NCBI GenBank assembly: GCA_028534125.1
Contig: CM052817.1
Location: 11,100,001-11,164,000 of the forward strand
Source of the DNA: Lama glama
Lineage: Eukaryota
Direction of reading: 5' to 3'
DNA length: 64,000 bases
Position numbers and translations under genes: made by a program. This document shows positions 26,130 through 37,100 of this stretch, piece by piece. The first letter of the stretch is position 1; each line of letters starts with the position of its first letter. The notes under the pieces are model-generated. The model made no database searches, was not told where the DNA came from, and saw only the letters and a list, made by a program, of their open reading frames with translations.

Positions 26130-29100
26130 CTAGAACAAAGAAGAGACGCTTTACATGTTAAAGCAAAAATCTGGACACATGCTTATATTCACATTAATGG
26201 TGGGGTGGGGGGACAACAGCAGCTGTGAAAGAGCCACGAAGGCATCGTGGACATGTTCCAAGGTCCCCGATGACCTCAGGACTTCACTCGTTCTAATTCC
26301 TGAGTGGCAGGATTTGACAAGATTTTCATTTCTCCATTTCTCTGCACTGTTGGAATCCTTTATAACACAGGGGTATGATTTTATGTGATTAAAAAAAGAT
26401 TTTAATTACTTAATTCTGGGAGATGGACATGGACATAATACTTTATACTTTGCTGTATTCCTTCACAGAAATTTTAAAAGAAAGAGAAGACATTTATTTG
26501 TTTTAACAAACATTTATGGAGAAACCACGGCCATGCCAAGCAATGGAAAAAGATGTAAAAACACAGATTATTACAATAAAATACGTCCAGTGCCAGAATG
26601 GGGCATTTAATGACCAACTCTGTGTGGGGAGGGCCTAGGGGAGTCAGGAAGACCTCTAGGAAGACAGAAATGAAAACGGGCACACCGAATTCACAAAGTT
26701 TAACAAGGAGCTGTTCATTTTTAAAACAGGAACTCTTGGTGTCGGGTATACCAGCCCCTTTCACAAGCCCCAGGTGGGACTTTAGACCCCGTCATTGGAA
26801 AATTCTGGGCTCTTCTTTAGTGCCACTCTATACCCTGCTAGACCAGAGCTGATGCTCAGCTGCCCAGGCATTTGGAGCTCCCACTCTGGGGGTTGAACAA
26901 GTGAAGGGAAGTCACACAGATTCAAAAATCACAGTGCCGCTACAACTCCCTGGCATACCGTCACATGTCATGACCCCATCTCTGGGGGCAGAGCTCAGGG
27001 GACGGCCCTGAAGGAGACCAGTCACGGCCAGATGTGCAGAGACGCACACGTCACTCATGCAGGTTACCCGTGGTCTGACTTCTTGCTCCCCCTCGGCACC
27101 ATCTGGGGTGGGTAGGAGGGAACGCCATGCTAACCATGGACAGCCAAGAAGGTCACATGCTCACAGACATGTCAAAACATGCTTGATGCCAACTTGTCAC
27201 ATGAGTTTTCAAATACCACAAACAGGGGCCAGGGTACAGCTCAGTGGTAGAGTGTATGCTTAGCATGCACGAGATCCTGGGTTCAATCCCCAGTACCTCC
27301 ATTAAAATAGATAAACCTAATTACCTCCCCCCAAAGCAAAACAAAAACAAAAAATTAATTTAATATAATTTTTTAAAAAAATCTAATATCACAATGGGTG
27401 AGCACGATCTCTGGGACAAAAGATGGCTGTTCCCAGTTCTCCCTCTGCGGGTCTGTGCTCTGCACTGATTCAGACACGTGACCTTGGACGTTCTGTCTGG
27501 AACCTAGGTCCTGGGTCAACACCTCTGTCAAGGGTGGCTGGGAGTAGTGGCCTTTAAAGAGAAACTCAAATGCAAACACGACTCAAGCCTGGTTTCTTCC
27601 GCAACTTCAGTTTTTTTGTTTTTGGTTTTGGGGTTTTTTTTGCAAATCCAGCGTTAAGCATGATACCCAGCACAGAGAGACAGTGGTAAAGGCCGAGGAT
27701 CCTGCAGCCACACTGCCTGGGTCAGATGCTGGCTCTGCTCTGTGACCTTGGGCAAGTCGCGGAGGCCCGAGCTCCCCATCCTTGGGCCTTAAATAAAGAT
27801 GACGGCCCCTCCCTCACTGACCTGCTACCAGCCTTTAATAAGATCACTGCAGTGCTTAAATCGTTGCCTGGCACATAAAAAGTGCTACCTAAGTACATGC
27901 TCCAAACGTAACAGTCCCAAGTATCTCCCAATTTCATTTAAATAAAATGTAACCTCAGGCCAGAAGCGCATGCCCAGATTTACAAACATCCCATACAAAC
28001 AGCCGAGGCAGCAGCTCACCTGCTGGCTCTGCTGGGCGAGGTCGCTCCTGCTCCATGAGGGCAGGGCCTGCAGCTCGTCCACCATCATCCCCAGGCCCGG
28101 CACAGCACCCGGCTCAAGCAGGTGCTCAGTGAATACGTGCTTAATACCCCCTTAAATAGAGGGGTGTGGGGACCTGAGATCTACACAAACAAGAACTGGA
28201 AAGCTCCCTCTCTCCATGACCTTTCAATGCCGCCCACATTCACGAATGGCTGAATATGATTTGAGGGACAAAGGATGCTTTCTGTGAGTCTGTGGATGGG
28301 TACTAATTCAGACTCGTGGGCCCAGACGGTCCACCGAGATCAGTGGCTGACTCCTTTGACAGGAGCTCAGCTAACCAAGTACCTCTGTGGCTCAGACACT
28401 GTGCCAAGTGCTCGGCACACCCACACTTCTCACCCCCCAACAATGATCATGGACCCCCATTATACAGACAGGGAAGCTGAGGCCTAGCACAGTTCAACAA
28501 CCGCTCAGACTGGCCAGCTGGTGAGTGGGGAGACAAGATTCATCTTGGCGCTCTCAACCCCTCCATCCTGTGACATCCACACTGAGGGGTGTGATACCCT
28601 CAGAGGCCAGGATCTCACGAGACCCCCAGGGTTGATATGGCGGGGGGAGGGTCTCGTGAGAAAGAACATGGGCCTGTCCTCTCACTCACAGGAGGCAGAG
28701 AATGGGGGCTGGAAGCTGTGTAGTCACTGAGTGACCACGGTACTCACTCAGCTAGGAATTCTAAGGGCGTCCAGGAGCTGAAGTCGGCCTTGGGCATTGA
28801 TTTCCTGTTCATCGGCGTATCCAGGGTAACCCTGCAGAGCACAGAGATAAGCATGTCACGTGTGCCTCCCCCTTAGAACAACAGCTGCCCTGTCCTCCTC
28901 GGCCAGGAAAGGGCACCGTGAGCCGCTGGCTCCAAGGGTGGCGGCACCGCCCTGGAGAGATCACATGAAGACAGTCAGAGAGGCCAGGAAGCCATCCACG
29001 TTCACAGAGCTCACGTCCCAGCCAAACTCTGCCAGGGGCTCACCCTTCAGTCAGACAAGAATAAAATCAAAGAGCTATGTTTTGCCTTTTTCTAAAATAA

Positions 29101-32100
29101 GAGTTTTACTAAAGTAAACTGCTTGCTGTTTACATCTCCATTCACTCCCTAAAATGTGGCAGACTCATTTCTCAGGATTTTTAAGTGTCATAATAATATG
29201 CCTTTAAAAATGAGAAAAATAGCTTCATCCTTCATTTAGTGGCCATTTTCCATGAACTCTTAGAAATTCTTGGCAAAAGAACGTAGACTTCAGGTATGTA
29301 TGACTTTGGCAAGAATGTTCGGGCCTCGGAAATCTTTCAAAAGAGCCGTGGGACCAGATCACAGAATCACAGAAGCTCACAAATGACAGGGAAGTGGACA
29401 GGCCTGTCCCCCAGCAGACCCGACATCTACTTTACAGGACCACAGCCAAGAGATAAGCCATTTGGTGCTGGGATCTTTCCTGTTAGAAGGGACTCTCTCC
29501 CTCCAAAGCAGCTGCCTGGCCTGGGACAGCTGACTGGGGCCTCCTTCCTCGTCACAGACAGAAGCATCTCCCACTGTTTCCCCATTTCTCCCCGAAACTC
29601 CCCGCTCCCCAGCCCCCCGACACACATCTTGACCTCTCTTCCATCTTGACCTGATAATGATTTGAAAGACAGAAATACAAATATTAAAATTAAATGCATA
29701 TAGGCTATTTTAAATAGGAGGGAGGGAGGGACAGAAGGAGGGAATGAAAGAAAAGAAGAAAGGCAGGAGAGACAGACCCGTCCCATCAGCCAGGCCACCA
29801 TTCTGGAAAGCCCAGGATAATCCAAAACGTGGATAAGGATCTTCAGGACCTTCAGTGAGTTTCAGAAGCCGAGGCGACAGCACACCCACGTCCCCGGTGG
29901 AGAGTGACCCTGGGACAAATGTGCACTCCCGGCGGCGGGGCAGAGGTGGGTCCCAGCCACTTACGGGAGCACGGCGATGGCGGCAGAGCCGGCGGGCATG
30001 CCGCTGTCCTTCCCGGCCAGACTCCGGCAGAGCTGATGAACCGCGCCCTTGGCCATGCCGTAGCCAATCATCCCTGGGAAACGGGGAGAAAACATTTCAG
30101 TGACCACCGGCCGCCACTGCTACGTCCAGAGAATGCCACGCCAGGGTCCAGAGGAGGCCGGGAAAAGAGAACCAGGACACCTACGGAGAGAAACGGGGAG
30201 GGACGGAAGGTTTCCAGTGCGCCTTCTATTCACCTGGTGCTTGACATTTATCACAGAAGCCTTGAGGTTAATCCTATATTTATTGCTAAGAAAACCAAGG
30301 CTCAGTCGAAGAGGGTGAGTCACGAGCCCAGGCTCACACGCAGACTTGCACCGAGGCCAACGGAGAGGTTAAAAGCCAAGTAAGAGCCAGGTTCTGAGAC
30401 GCAGCATCAGTAACAACTTGTGAGAACCGGGCACACGGGGCACCCAGTGTATTGACAAAACCGAGCGGTCATTTGAAGCACGGGCTTTAGAGTCAGCTGC
30501 ACAGGTTCAAACCACAGCTCTTCTACTCACCACTTGCCAACCGTGGGCAAGTGCTCAAAAGCCTTACTAAGCCTCAGTTATCCCATCTGTAAAATGGAGA
30601 TGAAGCACTTAACTCTAGGCTCAGGACAGGGTAGGCACTCAATACATGTTCCCCATCATATTAACAGAAGTACTGCGCCCTGGAATCCAACTTCCTGTTT
30701 AAAGCGTACTACTTGAGCAACTGTGACATGGACACACGCTACCTATTAGTCTTCCTTTCCTCCCACCAGTCAGTGAATGTTTGCTGACTGAAGCAAGGCA
30801 TGCCTGTAATTAGGAGAGGTTTGCATCTGCCCCAGACACGTGGCAGGCAAGATTTCTCTCTCTCTGAAGTCCCCCGTGACACCTAGCTGTACATACACCT
30901 AACGCAGCTATCCCAGCAACAGAGGATGGTTAATTGCTGTAAACACCCTTCTGCCTTCAGAAAACCACTACTTCTTCCAGAGGGCAGCAGCCCCCCTAAA
31001 AACCCCAGCAGGCTTGCTGTTTAAAGTGTAACAACATCAAAGGTCCAGGGGGAGGCAGGGACCACAGCCCAGCCGAGGAACCAATCACTGACCCACTTCA
31101 AGATCAGCCTCAAACTGCAGGAGGGTCAAGGTCGCAAAAAGTTATTTAAGCACAGGAAGAATATTTCACCACACCTGGCTTCTCTGTTTAATCAGAGGCA
31201 GGAGGCCAACAGTGGCATGAAGACGTAACAAACTCTGCAGTGATTAAAATAAACTGGTGAATCTCATTCGTCCGGCCTGGTCCCCAGCAAACTCCCAGGA
31301 CTCTGCCTTCATTCCATTCAAACAGCATGAGAGCAGGGAATCAGATGAAGAAAGAAACAAGCAACCAGCAGCCCTAAGGGTTTAACTTCACAGAATTCTA
31401 CACAAAGCAGGTACAGGATCGTTCGTAAGGCATGAAAAATATATATTAAGAAGATAAATACTGTCTCCCCAATTATAAATGATCAATGGGATCCCAAAAG
31501 ACCAATGTCCAAACACAGAACAGATCCTTAATTGGTAACGAAAGTGATGACCATCATTTTGATACAGTTTATCCTCCAGTGAACAGTCTACAACCTTGGA
31601 AATAAAAAGGAAGAGGTTTTCTCAGTGTCTTTCCAAGTGAAAAACTTTTCATTTCTGAAAAACTCTTCTTGGGTTTGAAGGACAAATAAGCCTGCTTATC
31701 ACCTGCTTTCATAGACTTCCTCAGATTTCTCTGGGGTCTGAATCAAAATTAAAATATTTCATGACTCAAATAAGTTTAACAACACCTAACTAAAGAGCTA
31801 AAAGATGAACCAACTTACTAATATCTGAAGCAGGAGTAGCTGGGCAAAAGTAAGCCTGGAGTAAATAATAACAATTTTTCACATTTACTACTGATTCTCT
31901 GTAATACCTTTCCTAAACCATTTACACCCATTACGATGTTTACAAGTCACAACCACCATATGAAGGAGATATTACCATTTATCCTCATTTTACAGGTAAC
32001 AAAACTAAGGCTCACAGAGGTTAAGTAACTTGCCAAATATTGCACAGCAACTAAATGGCAAAACCACAATTCAAAACCAACCTGTGTAGTTCCAGATCCT

Positions 32101-34042
32101 ACAGTCTTAACCAGTATCTGCAATTATAAATAATGATATTTACAAACAAAGGCAAGTAGGAGACTGGTCCTTTAGAAAAATTAGTCTTTCAGTCCTAGGG
32201 TTTTCTTTTTTAAATGCCAAGCTATTACTCATTTCTCTATTTACTCTATCTAGTGCCTCTGCTCTGTGTCACCTTTAATAAAAATCAGATCTCAACCAAA
32301 CTACCATCTAACATTTACACAGCTTTAATTACTGCAATAGCTGTGGACTTGTAAGATCACATGCTCTGGGAAACACAGTAAGAAAATGAATGGCAAGAAA
32401 TTATTAATCTGTAAGAGCCTCACAGCTCAGCTGGTTACATTAAAATTGAAAAGGTGCTCAAAGTTTCCACCACTTACTCAAGAGGTCCAAAAGAACTACT
32501 TTTTTTTTAAAGAAGAGTTTAATTTAGGTAGTGGAAGAAAATAGTTTCCGCCTCCCTCTGCTAACTCCCCAATCGCCTGCTTAAATTCCTTTACCCCCAT
32601 TCCAAAGGGAGTGTCACATGTTGAACTGTGTCCCCCCATATTCAGATGTCCCTCCGTCCCTCAGAATGTGACTATAGTTAGAGATGAGGGATCTTTAAAG
32701 AGGTAATTAAGTTAAAATGAGGTCATAGGGGTGGGTCCTGATCCAATATGACTGGTGTCCTTATAAGAAGAGGAGATGAGGACACAGACCCACACAGAGG
32801 GAAGACCGTGTGAAGACACGGTAAAGACCACCCACAAGCCAAGAAGAGAGGCCTCTGGAGAAACCAAATCTGCTGACCTGGCCCCCAGCGGCAGACTTCC
32901 AGCCTCCAGAACTGTTGAGTAAATACATTTCTGTTGCTTATGCCACCCAGGCTGCGGTCCTTTGTCATACCAGCCCCAGCAAACTAACAAGGGAGTGAAA
33001 AATGCAAAGGGAACTTGGATCTCCACATGATGTAATGGAAAACAGCATGAAATTTGGAAATGATCAGGGTTTCAATTTAAAGTAAGTTTACAACTTATTT
33101 ATTGCATAACCCAAATAACTTCTCTAAGTTCTAGTTTCCTTCTCTATAAAACGAAAAAAAAAATAATAATGACATCTAGCCCAGGGTTAAATAAGAATAT
33201 ATGTGAAATGAAAAGAGTGAATATAATTAGAGTTTCCATGTGCTGGGTACCTGATACCTATCAATGCCTCTAAGGCCTTACAGCTACTCTTCAAGGTAGA
33301 CGTTACTGTCACTATATTACAATTCAGGAAGCTACAGCAGAAATTTGGTCAAAGAGAATAATTTGTCCAAGGCCACACAGCTAGGGTGATGAATCCACTC
33401 CCAGCCTCTCTGATTCTACAGCTGACACACTATTTCCAGCAGCCAAGCCACTTCCTTGAGATACACGAACACAACGTGATGGGAATAATTCGTGCTTATC
33501 AACTAATTAAAATCTACGTGACATCATTCACTCCCTGGGCGGATCACAGATAAATGAATCAGATAAGGGGGAACCAGATCCCAGCAGTCATGACCACGGT
33601 GAAGACAAGGACAGTGCAAATGAAAGGGTCAGGAGTTCTTCCCCTAAAAGGAGTCAGGCCTAAAAGGAAGCAAAATCCCCCACAGCTGTCCAGTACCTTA
33701 GCGGGTAAAGGGCTGTAACATTCCTCATCTCACAGAAGTGCCCAGAAGCCCCGGCGAGCGAGTGTGGGCATCCCCATTTCACGGACGGGCAAATGAAGGC
33801 TTACCAGGAGTCCCGTCCAGGGCGGCCTTGGCCCCGGTCAAGGTGAGGAGGCCTCCTTCCTTGAGGTGCTTGGTGGCCAGGTGGCTGGAGATGGTGGACG
33901 TCCACATGCTCTGCTTCCACATCAGGTCACAGTTTTTAAAGAGAGCTGAGCGAAGAGACATGTTAGGTCACCAGCTGGAGGGAAGAAACTGAAAGGTGGG
34001 CTCAACTCATGGAGCCTGACACTCCAGGAGGCTCTCGTGGCC

Positions 34043-34134
<92 letters not shown>

Positions 34135-37100
34135 TACCATGAGCTCTAATACACACAGCCTGGGGCTTGTGGTCAGAGAGACACAGGTTCAAATCCAGGC
34201 CACGTGGTCACTGGTCTCACCTGTGAACTGGTCAGAAGTCAGCCAGTAAATGAGGACCATTGACAGATATGCGGGTCTGGCTTCCACACAAACGCTGGCC
34301 TCCTTCATAAAGGGCATCAGATCTTTAACAACAACCTATATGTCTAAGTCAGGTTTTACCCGTGATAAAAATCTGAGGGACTAGTGACATCTGCTCATTA
34401 AAAGGGATTTTATGGAGACTGCATTTTTTACGGCTGAAGGTTTAATGCCAGTTTTAAAGACTCTTTAAAAGAAAGCTGAAATAACAACCATTTCACGTTT
34501 GCTTTAACCCTCTGGCCTTGCCACAGACGTGAGGAGGGACAACTGGTAACAGATGTCACATCCCCAGCTGAACACCTGTCCCCTTCCTCCCTCATAGGGG
34601 ACACAGAACCCAGTGAAGCTGCTCCCTTGACCCAGAGAGGAAGCCCTCCTGAAACAGGAGGAGGGGTCTCCAGTAGGTGACAACCTAGGTACTGCATATC
34701 CCCACTAAGAACTGGAAAAAAACGGGTGGACCCACATTTAAGCAAGTCTCTAGCCCTAAATTCCAATTCACAGGAAATCTCAGGGACGAGGTTCAAAGAC
34801 TAAAAACACCACCAAAATGCAGTATATAAACCCTGAATAGACTCGATCTAGGGAAAACTATGAAATATATGGAATAAATTGGGGTGATTGGAATACAGGC
34901 TGATATTCTTAATCTTCCAGAATTACTGTTCATTTTCTTAGGCATGAGAATGGTATTACAATAATGTAGGAGATTGGCTTAATCTTCAGAGATGCATATT
35001 GAAATACAGTGAGGTGTCAAATTACTCTCATATCATTAACAAATTACTCTCATAACATTAACACACAGGGGACACACATGCAGGAAAGCAAGTGAGTGAA
35101 GTATGGCCCGTGTTAACAAGTGTTAAGTCTGGATGGAGGGCGTAAAGGGGGTTCACTGAACCGTTCTTTCAACTTTGCTATATATTTGAAAATGTTCATA
35201 ATAAGAAATGGGAAATATACTCAGCTTTAACAAAAGCTCAATTCTGAGTCCTTCTGATCTTTTGAATAATCTGTCCATCCCATATACATTCCCCTACTCC
35301 CAGTAATAACCCCTAACAGACTGGGGCGGGGACAATGCACATTTCATCCTGTCTCTTCTTTAAATTTCATTCTCAAGGACCCTCTGCCCCACCCCCTCTA
35401 CAGGAAGCTTTTTCTTCATGGGTAAAATGGGGTGCTGATCCCTACCTCACAGCTACTGTGGGAGAAAGACTCTGGGAGAAGCCACCTGGCCTGGCACACA
35501 GTACAGACCCAATCCACGCAGCTGGACACAGAGCAGAGCGCATGAATGATTAACTCAGAGAAGGACTCACACTTGGACTTGGCACTGCCCCCAGCCCATC
35601 CTCCAGCCACACAAAGGATTGCATCCACCTTCTCGGCACCCAAGAGCTGTCCGACGTCAGCAGTCACCTGACACAAAGGGGTAGAAAGATACACAAACTG
35701 TCAGATAAACCTGAACAGGCTGACATCTTTACAGACCCTTCTATTTATTTTTCCCTTCTTCTTCAGTCAGTTTATGGTACCAGGCAGTTAACTTTGAAAG
35801 TCGGATGCAAGACCAATCTATAATGAGCATTTAGGATAGTGAAGCCCGACTACATTTCAGTGTGATTCTGATAAAGCAATCTAGCCATCTCGTCTTCTTT
35901 TAAACATTCTAAAGGGTGGAGACATAAGCATCCCTGCAATAGAACAATGAGTAAAGAAAAGTAGGAAAAGGTTAAAAAAAAATCACCTAGAGCTTCACTG
36001 CCTACAGCTAACTTTCTGGTATCTTTCCAGACTTTCTTTGCAAATCACACAATCATAATCAGAGATAATCAATTCTACCCTCCCCCCAATAAAAACATCC
36101 CATTAACTGAAAATCCAAAAGAAAAAGCCAAAGAGAAAAAAGTATCCTAAATAAAGAGCAAAAATGGAGACAAAGCTGCTCACCACTGTATTCTTGATAA
36201 TGGTTAAAAAAAAGAAAGAAAAACTGAATAAAACTTAAATGTACAGTAAGAGCAAACTAAAGAAATTGTGACCAATCCATATAAAGAAAAATTACATGTT
36301 GACACAGAGGGTTTTTTCAGTGATCTGAAGTTATTTAAGTTAAAGGTTAAAAAAAATTTATCTCAATCTGTAAAATTAATAACATATAGTATGCATAGGA
36401 AAGCTAAGAAAATGGGCCAAAATGTGAACTAATGAGCTAGCTAACTAGACTTGGAGCATGGGTTATTTATCTTCGTTTTTTTTTTTCTTTTCTTTTCACT
36501 TTTTCCAAATTTCCCTCCATGAGCACAAATGGCTTTGATAATTAGAGAAACAATACCTGAAAAAAAACGAAGGACACACAGTCAATGGGAAGCTTTCCCC
36601 AGGGTCCCCCACCCCATGCACAGTGGGGCCTTCCCTGGAATTACCTGGTCAGCCTGCTCCGTAAACGAGTCTGTCATTTTAACGACAACATTGGCACTGG
36701 CTTCCTCATTCTCCACCAGGTCAATGCTGGCGACCCACTGGAGGAAAACAGAAAACAGCTTGGGTCAAGGGACAGTCTGTTGTTACTCCTTTAAAGATCC
36801 ATGCCCAGAGATAGGGGCAGAGGAGACAGGAAAGAGGCTTACAGGAAAACCCACCAGAGAAAGGATCTAGCAACCGACCTTCACACTCCTTCCAGGGCAT
36901 TTGGCTTCACCCCTTACTAAGCCCCAGGCCAGCCCCTTCTGCCTCCAAATACCTCTTCCTCATCCACTCTCACATCTGAGAGCAAAACTCTGCACTTGGT
37001 GAGATCCCCCCTCACCAGGGGTCTGAAAACTTTTTCCATAAAGGGCTAGAGAGTAAGTATTTTAGGCTTTACTGGCCATATGGTCCCTTGCAACCATTCA

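Noticed and set aside
27225..27301. Possible tRNA-Ala gene (also the other four copies)
   Set aside because: Followed by the SINE-specific tail, dispersed copies with TSDs and a disrupted acceptor stem; these are SINEs, not tRNA genes.
29904..30383. 159-aa plus-strand ORF antisense to QDPR exon 5
   Set aside because: GC-rich shadow ORF running into MIR-like sequence; no independent support.
33922..34249. ORFs with (HT)n or (CV)n repeats
   Set aside because: Translations of the (TG)44 microsatellite.
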